A program made the translations under genes and the position numbers. This document shows, piece after piece, positions 28,335 to 36,841 of a stretch of 64,000 bases of DNA. This stretch comes from Candidatus Omnitrophota bacterium (GTDB taxonomy: Bacteria; Omnitrophota; Omnitrophia; Omnitrophales; Aquincolibacteriaceae): the NCBI GenBank assembly GCA_023247035.1, contig JAHFHG010000002.1, forward strand, positions 12,090-76,089. Direction: 5' to 3'. Numbering within the stretch: the first letter of the stretch is position 1; each line of letters starts with the position of its first letter. The notes beneath the pieces were generated by a model. The model saw nothing but the letters and a program-made list of their open reading frames with translations, did not search any database and was not told the DNA's origin.

Positions 28335-29378
28335 ATGGAAAATTTGCCGCAGGTTTCCGTTCATGAGTTCAATGACCGTCTCCGCGCCCGCGCAAAAGAG
28401 CTGCGGATCCCGTTTCAGGCCTCGCTGGAATTGACCTATGCCTGCAACTTTCGCTGCGTCCATTGTTTTAATCCGCACCACGAATCGAAGGACGACCTTG
28501 GAACCGAATTTTGGAAATCCGTTCTTGGCCAGCTTGCCGGCGAGGGCTGTCTCGTCGCGCTTTTTACCGGCGGCGAGCCGCTCGTGCGCAAAGATCTTTT
28601 TGATCTGCTCGCTCACGCCCGCAATTTGGGAATGCAGTGTATTCTCAACACCAACGGCCTTCTGCTCGATCCGGAAAAAATCCAGAGGCTCGAGGAATCG
28701 GGTCTGACCTTGCTGGCGGTTTCCGTTTTCGGGATGAGCGTTCAAAGTTACGAATCGGTGACCCGCATCCCCGGATCGTTCGCGCGCTTTTTGCTCCACG
28801 TGGAGCAGCTCAGGCGGTCCCGAATCCCGCTCCTTTTTAAAATGCCGGTGATGCAAATGAATTACCAGGAAGTGGAATACGCCAAGGATTGGTTTTCAAG
28901 CCGGGGACTTCTCCTCAAACACACTTCGGAGATCCAGCCTCGCGCGGACGGCGATCCGGAACCTTTGCAGCACCGTATTTCAAGCGCCCAAGCAGCGGAT
29001 TTGAGATTCCGTTACGAAGAAGATTTAGGATGCGGAAAACGAAGCCCCCGGAAAGATGAATTTTTTGATTGCCAATGCGGGAAAAGCGCGGTCGCCATTA
29101 CCCCGCGCGGCGAAATGAATCTGTGCGTCTCTTTCCATTATCCGCGCCACTCGCTTTTAAAAGGAAGTGTCCGGGAGGGCTGGAAAAGGCTTGTGGATTT
29201 TGCGGCAGATTTCAAACCCTCCGAAAAATACGAGTGCCCGGGCTGCCGGTTGTCTCCTTACTGCTCGCGCGGCGCAATGGATTCGTGGCTGAATACGGGC
29301 GATTTCAATCCGTGCGTCCCTTACTTTAAGGAAGTCGCAGGCCGGATTGAAGGCGCCCTGAAAAAAAGGAGTGAATGA
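28335..29378 (+). CDS. Radical SAM/SPASM peptide-modifying enzyme
   Basis: ELTYACNFRCVHC, TGGEPL, NTNG; C-terminal CQCG...G.MNLC and CPGCRLSPYC...C. Confidence 0.9.
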   Translation: MENLPQVSVHEFNDRLRARAKELRIPFQASLELTYACNFRCVHCFNPHHESKDDLGTEFWKSVLGQLAGEGCLVALFTGGEPLVRKDLFDLLAHARNLGMQCILNTNGLLLDPEKIQRLEESGLTLLAVSVFGMSVQSYESVTRIPGSFARFLLHVEQLRRSRIPLLFKMPVMQMNYQEVEYAKDWFSSRGLLLKHTSEIQPRADGDPEPLQHRISSAQAADLRFRYEEDLGCGKRSPRKDEFFDCQCGKSAVAITPRGEMNLCVSFHYPRHSLLKGSVREGWKRLVDFAADFKPSEKYECPGCRLSPYCSRGAMDSWLNTGDFNPCVPYFKEVAGRIEGALKKRSE

Positions 29379-29385
29379 AGAAAGT

Positions 29386-29850
29386 TTAGGGCGGGCTTCC
29401 GGAATGCAATCGCCTTAAAATCCGCGAAGGCGCGTCGAGAAACCAGGGATTGGTCGGTGAAAGGAGGGCCTGCCAAAAGCGAAGAAGGAACGGCCGTTTT
29501 TCCAGGTCGAAAATTTTTTCTCCTCTTTGAACCTGCGTGATCTTTCCCACCAGCGGAGAAATTCCGGCGCGTCCTTTGAAGAAAGGGACAAAACAGGTGT
29601 TCGCATGAAAATTTTCACCGGATATTTTTCTCACCGCGACATCGCCGAATCGAAGGCTCGATTCGTCTGTTTTCTTGATCGTAACGAGGTCGCCCCGGCG
29701 CACCACCGGCCACATGCAATTTCCAAAGAGTTTCATTTGAACGGAGCCGGAAAATTCCAATTCCGAAAGAAGAATCGAGGCCTGCAGGGGTTGGGAAAGG
29801 GCCTTTTCTTCAAGAGGCGGATTAAGGGACGGCACGGCCAAATTTAGCAC
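29386..29850 (-). CDS. Degenerate S24/S26 peptidase-like protein
   Basis: GNCMWPVVRRGD and LRFGDVAV match the G-x-SM-x-P...GD boxes, but Ser is replaced by Cys and the HR/KGDN region is absent. Confidence 0.55.
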   Translation of the reverse strand: MLNLAVPSLNPPLEEKALSQPLQASILLSELEFSGSVQMKLFGNCMWPVVRRGDLVTIKKTDESSLRFGDVAVRKISGENFHANTCFVPFFKGRAGISPLVGKITQVQRGEKIFDLEKRPFLLRFWQALLSPTNPWFLDAPSRILRRLHSGSPP

Positions 29851-29957
29851 GGCGGAGCCGGCTTCCGCAACGGATCTTTTGCCTTCGCCGGATTTTCAAT
29901 TCTTTCTAACATTCAGGATCATTTTCAGTCTTCGGCTCAAAAGCGCATTCTGCGCAT

Positions 29958-29985
29958 TTGATCTTACAAAACGAACCGCTATAAT
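29958..29985 (+). promoter_or_regulatory. Putative sigma-70 promoter of the giant gene
   Basis: TTGATC-16 nt-TATAAT; favours the ATG at 30021 as the real start. Confidence 0.5.
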
Positions 29986-30020
29986 TAATGAAACACGGGC
30001 GGCAGGAAATCGAACCCTTC

Positions 30021-33000
30021 ATGAAAACCATCTCTTTATTCCAGAAACCCAGCGCGATTTTTTTAATCTTTTCTTTAAGCCTTTCCCAAAGTCCCTCGTA
30101 TGCCGCTGCCGCGCCGGCGCCTCCGCTGGCGGTTTCTGAGCGCTCCCGGGCGCTTCTTTTTCTTCCCGAAGAACTTGGCGAGATCGAAGAATCCTTTCAG
30201 GGATCGAACGGAAAAACCGTGATCTTCATTCAAGACGCCCACGATTCCCTCGAAGCGCAGGAAAATATCGCCAAGACTATTCAATACCTGGTGGACAAGT
30301 ACGGGGTGAAGACTGTTTTTGAAGAAGGCTATGAAGGTCCTGTTCCCACGGATGATTATTTCGGCTTCATCAAAGATCCGTCCGTCAAAGAGAAAGTTTC
30401 TTACTTTTTATTAGATAAACTCCGCCTCGGCGGCGCGGAATACGCACACATCAACCGCTTTCACAACTTGTCATTCCCGCACGCGTTAAGCGGGAATCCA
30501 AATTTTAGGTCCCCGATAGAAACATTCGGGGACGACAAAAAACGTGTCGATTTCAAACTGATTGGGGCAGACAATATAAAGTTACATCTTGAGAATATCG
30601 ATTGGTATCGCCAGAATGCCAAGCATAAAGAAGAAACTGGAAGAGATTTGACTATTCTGCAAAATGAAATCGACAAACTTGCCAACCGGTATTTTCCTAA
30701 GGAACTCAAAGAATGGATGAAGCTTAAGAAAAGGTTTGATGAGAAACAAATTGATCTTTTGGATTATTTAAAGCGGACAATACAAGTCCCTCATCGAGAA
30801 TCCATAGACCATAAACTTTACCCCAATCTTTCGCTTCTCCTTCAAGCAGAACACACTCAAGACAAAGAAGTCCTAGAGAAAGTGAAAACCATTGAAGCCA
30901 AGATTCTTTTCGAGGAAATCGATTCGTTGGAAAACGCCGCCGCCGGCCCATTCCTACAAAATGGAACAGACCGGAAAATCTTCCAATATTACAAAGGAAT
31001 AAATCTTCTCAAAAGACTCAACGAGATTGAGATTACGCCCGCTGAATATGAGGCGGTCAAAGCGCAGCTTCAACATCTCAGCACCCAGGAACTGGCCCAA
31101 TTTATTGTCCAGCAAACGAATAAATCCATCGTCCTTTCCAAACGATGGGAGGAAAATATTGAAAGCGCCATTCGGTTTTATCAAATCTCACGAGCCAGAG
31201 ATTCTGCGATTGCCGAGCGACTGAATGATTTTCTTAAAAATCATGATGAAAAAGTGGCTGTCCTTGTCTTTGGAGGATTTCATAAAGAGAGGATTACAGA
31301 ATTGTTGAGAAAGAAAGGACTCCCTTACTATATAGTTTCTCCTCGAATAATGAACGTCGACAATAAGCATAAGGAACTCTACGCGCATTTAATGACAAAG
31401 GGATATTCGCTTTTCCCCGTTGCGGCAAATGTTGCTAAGGCAGCGCGTTTAGCAGGAGAGATCGAGCTCGCGGAAATGGGCGGCCAGAACGCAAAGTCAG
31501 AACTCCGAGCGTACCATGCGGCAATCACTAACATTGTTTCTTCATTGGTCTCCAATCGACCCAATCAAACATCTCGAGAACTGCTCGATCGTTTGATTAA
31601 CGGACGATTGATACACGAAGTTCTAAAAGTATCCAAACAAGCAATGGGAAAACGCCGATCCGAACTAAGAAGTAAAGAATCGGATTTTGCTTTAAGAGAA
31701 AAACGCCGTGATTATCTCAAGCGGCTAATGAATCAAGAAAATAAGCAATGGACGTTGGATGAGTTAGCAAACGCTACAGGTCAATCAACAGGACAGATTG
31801 TTAAGGATTTGCGATATTTGAATCTTTTTAAGCCCTCAAATCACCTAAATTTAGATGCCGAACGCATAGACCGAAGAAGACAGTGGGGATTACCAGATTA
31901 TTCTGACCTCGATAAGCTTTTACCTCGCTTGGATGAAGAATTTGCATATCTTCATGGAGAGGCTCTTTTTAATTTTTTAGCTCAAAAAGGCCGCGAGAAT
32001 GACCCCGTAAGCATGGAAGCGGCTATTTACGGCTTCTATAAATTTGTTGGAGAAAAAACCCCCGGTAATATTTCAGAACGAGGGCGATTGCTTGGTGAAC
32101 GCATTTATCACTATCTGAGGTTAAGAGAAAGTATGCCTTCTGACGGCCTGCGTCGAAATCCAGATGTTGAGTTCGATATTGGTATGGCAGAAAAAAGGAA
32201 GCGGGAGTCACGGCTTCCAAAATTTGGAAATATAAAAACAAGGAGGCCGAAGAAGAAAGTTTCTTTTTCGGAAGCACAGCAAATTATGGAAGAAAAAAAT
32301 TTACATTTAGATCAATCAATCGCATTCGTTGCGTTGTCCACGGCAGAAAATGAAACTTTATTTCGAGCGCTTAAATCAAGCGAATTGGAAGAGTCCGAGC
32401 GAAGACAAATTTATGATTATTTGATTCAGAAGCATGTAGGGTTTGTCGGCTGGTGGATCAAACATAAGATGCCGCCTTGGTATTTTGAACATTTTAACTT
32501 CGAAGAACTTTTAGCTTTTGGCCAAATTGGCCTTATGAAAACGATTGAAAGATATGATTTCAAAATGGGGCGGCGCTTTACCAGTTATGCCGAATGGTGG
32601 ATTCGCCATTCTATCCAACGCTCCATAGAGAAAAAAACACATAAATCTTTAAATGTCAGGCGTGATGAGGATAGCCCGGAGTGGATTGATACTTTGTCGG
32701 ATTCAAAAGATCAATCGGAAGAAGAATTATGGCCGGAACTATTTTCCAGTCTTAGGCATCTCGATAGTCGGTCTCGCATTATGTTGAGCTTGCGTTACGG
32801 GATTGGATCAGTAAGAACATACAATCTTCGAGAAATTGGCTTAATGTTTGGTGTAACTCACGAGCGTGTTAGACAAATTACAGAAAGAGCAGTTGAAAAG
32901 TTAAAACGCTTGGTTGGAAAAGTAACGGTTGATGATTCTTCTCAAGACCATACCGATGTTTTTTTATTCGAGGCTATGGAGTTAGAGCCAGAGAATCCAC

Positions 33001-36000
33001 TTTTCAAGCCACTAAGCCATCTCGGAGTTAAAAAGCTTGACCGGATTCGAGAAGTTCTTTCAAAAGAAAATCGCTTCAACTCGGAAATGCTGATGAGGAT
33101 TTTTAGGTCACGCGGCCAGTATGTGATAGCTCCATCGAAATATTTATGGGGTCTGCCTGCGGGTTTGCTTGAAACCGGCGGTGACACTTCCCATCATTTT
33201 GGATCGTGGAATGAAGAAGGTGGAAGACATAACATAGATTTACAAAAACCCAAAAAGATTCATTTTTCCAACGCACTCACAACCACAACCGAAATCATAA
33301 AAAGGTATCCTTATGCTCGGTATCTACTGCCTCCTGAAGAACAACTATTGCTGGCCTCTCAGGCTCAAGGAGAAAGGAGCCGATTCTATGCTTTGGGTAA
33401 GACATTGCAGTGGATTGGACTTTCTCCGCAAGATTTTATTATTTGGCTTGTTGAAAATAAAAAATATTTAGATCAAGAAATCGTTGATTTTATCGCACAA
33501 TCACCACTTTCTAAACGTCCTCGATACGAGCTAACGGCATCCCGCACAGGTGAGCATCTTCATGGGTCTTTACCAAGACCACGTACTGACCGAAAGATTG
33601 CAACGAAATGGATTTCAACTGAAGAAACCAGCTACACGCTAATCACACCTGCTGAATTGGCGGACCGCTTCCCTTCTGCCGAACCCTTCTTGGATAAACT
33701 CGAACCTCAATTACTTCTTGAGGCGGATTCGTCCGAGCATGATGAAATTAAATACTATTCTTTTGTTGAAGATGGACATCATACAAAAATTCTAATAAGG
33801 ATCAATAAAAGAACCGGCGAAATCCAAAGTCCTCATGATGGCCCAATCGGTTTTAGAAAGGAAATTTTGGATTTTGTAAGAAAAGGTGAGTTTGGCAATA
33901 AGCAAAAGCCTCCTGTTACCGCGCCTTTTGAAATGCACGCCGGATCACGGCATTTTATTTATTTCGGAACGATGGGGAAAGGTTCCATTGGCTTGAGTAT
34001 GAAGGGAGTGAAACCTAACACGCGTGTATCAGGAAGCGCTGTTCATTTGGAGCATGCTCCTCTTGGAATGGGGCCGCAATGGCTTTTAAGACTCACTGTT
34101 CATTTGAAAAGACCAAGAGTTGTTTATGCGAGATTCAAACGCTCTGGAACCCGCTTAGGTTTATTTAAAAAATCCCCTCAAACTTATATCGGAGCTTTTG
34201 TCAAACTTGGGAAATGGAATCAGGAAAAAATCCAGCCATTCCCTGAAAATGAAATCGAAATTACCGCGAGTTCCAAAGGACGTTTGGAACTTGGAAGCAA
34301 TGGCGATGGAGAGCGGATTGTTATTCACTTACCACTTTTACCCAAAGATCATAAAGTTTTAATTCGAAAAGTCCGCAATCAAGAAGATGGACAACAGCTC
34401 TTGGTCGTTCATACCCGCAATCCTGCTTATCGATATAGAAAATTTTATTATCGATTCACGAATCGTGGCTATCACACCCGAAGATACCACGAGGAAGTAA
34501 AGGACATAAGTCCCACGGCTAGAAGGAAGCTTAGCTATGAAGAAATTGCAAAGGCACAAGAAGATTTGAGAAGCCGAGAAGGAGCAGAGGCAAACTTATG
34601 GCGCGATCCCGAAAAGATTGCTTATGAGCTTGACCTATTCGACGCTTATTATCTTGTTTCGGAAGTTCAAAGAATAAACGCTTCTTTAGTTGCTCAAGAC
34701 ACAGCTAATTTGCCGCCTCTCGAAATAGACACCTCAAAGATTGTTGAGCTGCCGACTCCGGCTTACGATCAAGTAGGAGACGTTTATCATGCTGTTCCAG
34801 AATCTTCTGAGCGACCGGAGAAATCCGAGAAACCAGTCAAACCTAAACCATTATCCCCTTTAAGACTTGCTCAAAAAAGATTGGAAGAAGCTGAAAAAAA
34901 AACATTAGCTGAACGTTTGAAGGTTGGCTTTCGAGATGTGGGAGAAAGCGGTCGGTTTTTAGATTTGGGCGCAGGAAAGGGTGATTTAACCGCTGAACTT
35001 GCTGGACAATTTCAAGGTGGGGTTGCAGTCGAAATAAATGAAGATCGAGTCGAGCAGCTACGGCAGAGAAAAATTCCAAATCTTAATATTTGGGACATGG
35101 ATTTTTTTGATTATATGGAGATGGCGATTAAAGGGAATCAGCTTTTTGATGCGATTCTCATTTCACATGCTCTTTTATTCATTAAATTTGATCGCCGGGA
35201 CGCTTTCTTAAAAGATGTTCTATCAAGACTTAAGCCGAATGGAAAATTAGCGATTATTTTAAATGGCAGTAAAATTGAAGAGAGAAACCAAGTTCAGTTG
35301 CGAGCAAAGCTCATGAGAAAGCATGAGGCGCTAGCAGGAGACAACCCATCAACCAATATTGAAAGCAAACTGCGACAAATCGGCTATGGGGTACAAACCG
35401 AAAGAGTCAGAATCATTCATGAGACTCCTTCCAGAGACGAAATGATTTCTATTGTAAAAGCAATATTGCCACGCGAAGACCGTTTTCGTCTGTCGAATAT
35501 CACTGGATTTGTCGATTCAGTCCTGAAATTACCTGGAGAAGAAAAGTACCGCCTCTATGTTGATCAAGATATTTTATGGATAACACATCCTCGTTCTGAG
35601 GTTAGAAAGCAAGAAAATGTATTTGCAATGGTGTCTGTCAACGATTGGCAAAACTTTAATCGAACTAATCAGAATACCGAGGCTACGGCCACCAAAGCCG
35701 TCGTTTTTATAGATGGTTCCGTCGATAGCAAAGATGCCAAGCAGCGGGCGGAAGAATTAGCGGTGCTGGCCGCAGGTAATCCGAACCGAACGATTGTGGT
35801 TTATAATGCGGACAAAGTTTTTAAAAATAAAGGCGGTGAAATGGCGGAACTTTTAAAGTCGTTTGGTCTCGCCAATGTCAAGTTCGCTGCGGGTGAGTTG
35901 TCCGAAGCCCTCAAGCCCTACCAATTCCGGGATCAAGTTGATTTGGTGCACTACTCGGCAAGCGAAGAGGAGGCTGTTTTTGTTCAAGCCTCCGTTGGGA

Positions 36001-36209
36001 AATGGCTGGCGCAAAAACTGACCCGATTTGTCGGAGGGCCCGGCGCCTTAGGATACGGAATAAAATATTTGCAGGCTGTGAAATTGGGCAAGCCTGTGGA
36101 AGGTATCACGCCCGAGAACGGCTACTACGCCGTTTCCCCAGGCGCTTCGGAGTGGATGCGAAGCCTTTATCGAGCTCGGTTCGCGACCGTTTTCGCTCAA
36201 GCGGCGTGA
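30021..36209 (+). CDS. Giant modular exported protein: signal peptide, TraB/Tiki-like N-domain, HTH, sigma-70 r2+r4, unknown domains, class I SAM methyltransferase, C-terminal domain
   Basis: Signal MKTISLF...SYAAA; IQDAH/FEEG/RD..IA/FGGFH; IGLMKTIERYD...FTSYAEWWIR and LREIG..FGVTHERVRQI; LDLGAGKG; RSELR and RSEVR linkers. Confidence 0.9.
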   Translation: MKTISLFQKPSAIFLIFSLSLSQSPSYAAAAPAPPLAVSERSRALLFLPEELGEIEESFQGSNGKTVIFIQDAHDSLEAQENIAKTIQYLVDKYGVKTVFEEGYEGPVPTDDYFGFIKDPSVKEKVSYFLLDKLRLGGAEYAHINRFHNLSFPHALSGNPNFRSPIETFGDDKKRVDFKLIGADNIKLHLENIDWYRQNAKHKEETGRDLTILQNEIDKLANRYFPKELKEWMKLKKRFDEKQIDLLDYLKRTIQVPHRESIDHKLYPNLSLLLQAEHTQDKEVLEKVKTIEAKILFEEIDSLENAAAGPFLQNGTDRKIFQYYKGINLLKRLNEIEITPAEYEAVKAQLQHLSTQELAQFIVQQTNKSIVLSKRWEENIESAIRFYQISRARDSAIAERLNDFLKNHDEKVAVLVFGGFHKERITELLRKKGLPYYIVSPRIMNVDNKHKELYAHLMTKGYSLFPVAANVAKAARLAGEIELAEMGGQNAKSELRAYHAAITNIVSSLVSNRPNQTSRELLDRLINGRLIHEVLKVSKQAMGKRRSELRSKESDFALREKRRDYLKRLMNQENKQWTLDELANATGQSTGQIVKDLRYLNLFKPSNHLNLDAERIDRRRQWGLPDYSDLDKLLPRLDEEFAYLHGEALFNFLAQKGRENDPVSMEAAIYGFYKFVGEKTPGNISERGRLLGERIYHYLRLRESMPSDGLRRNPDVEFDIGMAEKRKRESRLPKFGNIKTRRPKKKVSFSEAQQIMEEKNLHLDQSIAFVALSTAENETLFRALKSSELEESERRQIYDYLIQKHVGFVGWWIKHKMPPWYFEHFNFEELLAFGQIGLMKTIERYDFKMGRRFTSYAEWWIRHSIQRSIEKKTHKSLNVRRDEDSPEWIDTLSDSKDQSEEELWPELFSSLRHLDSRSRIMLSLRYGIGSVRTYNLREIGLMFGVTHERVRQITERAVEKLKRLVGKVTVDDSSQDHTDVFLFEAMELEPENPLFKPLSHLGVKKLDRIREVLSKENRFNSEMLMRIFRSRGQYVIAPSKYLWGLPAGLLETGGDTSHHFGSWNEEGGRHNIDLQKPKKIHFSNALTTTTEIIKRYPYARYLLPPEEQLLLASQAQGERSRFYALGKTLQWIGLSPQDFIIWLVENKKYLDQEIVDFIAQSPLSKRPRYELTASRTGEHLHGSLPRPRTDRKIATKWISTEETSYTLITPAELADRFPSAEPFLDKLEPQLLLEADSSEHDEIKYYSFVEDGHHTKILIRINKRTGEIQSPHDGPIGFRKEILDFVRKGEFGNKQKPPVTAPFEMHAGSRHFIYFGTMGKGSIGLSMKGVKPNTRVSGSAVHLEHAPLGMGPQWLLRLTVHLKRPRVVYARFKRSGTRLGLFKKSPQTYIGAFVKLGKWNQEKIQPFPENEIEITASSKGRLELGSNGDGERIVIHLPLLPKDHKVLIRKVRNQEDGQQLLVVHTRNPAYRYRKFYYRFTNRGYHTRRYHEEVKDISPTARRKLSYEEIAKAQEDLRSREGAEANLWRDPEKIAYELDLFDAYYLVSEVQRINASLVAQDTANLPPLEIDTSKIVELPTPAYDQVGDVYHAVPESSERPEKSEKPVKPKPLSPLRLAQKRLEEAEKKTLAERLKVGFRDVGESGRFLDLGAGKGDLTAELAGQFQGGVAVEINEDRVEQLRQRKIPNLNIWDMDFFDYMEMAIKGNQLFDAILISHALLFIKFDRRDAFLKDVLSRLKPNGKLAIILNGSKIEERNQVQLRAKLMRKHEALAGDNPSTNIESKLRQIGYGVQTERVRIIHETPSRDEMISIVKAILPREDRFRLSNITGFVDSVLKLPGEEKYRLYVDQDILWITHPRSEVRKQENVFAMVSVNDWQNFNRTNQNTEATATKAVVFIDGSVDSKDAKQRAEELAVLAAGNPNRTIVVYNADKVFKNKGGEMAELLKSFGLANVKFAAGELSEALKPYQFRDQVDLVHYSASEEEAVFVQASVGKWLAQKLTRFVGGPGALGYGIKYLQAVKLGKPVEGITPENGYYAVSPGASEWMRSLYRARFATVFAQAA
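30468..30538. repeat. Palindromic repeat B inserted in-frame within the giant CDS
   Basis: ttgtcattcccgc...gcgggaatcca...tccccgatagaaacattcggggacgacaa; translates as LSFPHALSGNPNFRSPIETFGDD. Confidence 0.8.
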
Positions 36210-36270
36210 GGAGTTCAATCGAGAAAAAAAGTTTTGAATTCGGAATGCGTGTTCAGAATCGCGGCCGTAT

Positions 36271-36696
36271 CTAATTCAACTTCACGACGTCGCTGACGCG
36301 GTCGCGGTGAATCTTCACAATGAAGGCCCCTGCGGCGAGGCGAGGCTCGATCGTGCGTTCCGTGATTTTATCCACGTAGGGAAGATACCCTTTGTAGTAA
36401 ACAAAATACCAGTCCTGCGAAACGTTCTGCTCAATCGTGCGGATTTCCTGCGGCTGCCCCAAAAGACTCAGGACCTCGTTAGCGCTTTTGCCTTTGAGGA
36501 ACAACTTTCCATTGGCGATGATCCGCCGGTTGGTCATTTGATCCCTGCCGAACTGGTCGCCTCCCTTGAAAAAGGTGTAGGGCTTCTCCTGCAGGGGCTG
36601 CCAAATCCCGATGCCCGCGCAGCCGCTTAAAAATAAAACAAAACAAAAAAGCAAAAGGGAATGCAGAACTTGTAGATTCGAAATTGGGGTCTTCAT
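36271..36696 (-). CDS. Lipoprotein, SmpA/OmlA(BamE)-like
   Basis: Lipobox LSGC; GKSANEVLSLLGQP...WYF pattern. Confidence 0.7.
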   Translation of the reverse strand: MKTPISNLQVLHSLLLFCFVLFLSGCAGIGIWQPLQEKPYTFFKGGDQFGRDQMTNRRIIANGKLFLKGKSANEVLSLLGQPQEIRTIEQNVSQDWYFVYYKGYLPYVDKITERTIEPRLAAGAFIVKIHRDRVSDVVKLN

Positions 36697-36841
36697 TTTT
36701 ACTGCTAAGCATATCGGCGTTTTTGAGGAGGCCTTAAATCAGATCCCGCGCCCCAGCCGTCCGTTTATTCTGCTAGACGCTTGCCTGAGGCGCTTGATAT
36801 GATTGATCCTTGAACATTCAAGGATCGCTTCAGAGAGGCCT

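Noticed and set aside
27248-29378. Lasso peptide interpretation of the RiPP cluster
   Set aside because: No asparagine-synthetase-like cyclase or transglutaminase-like peptidase, and no Asp/Glu acceptor in the core.
29988-30020. Upstream ATG for the giant ORF
   Set aside because: It lies immediately after the TATAAT box; the ATG at 30021 has an RBS-like sequence and gives a proper signal peptide.
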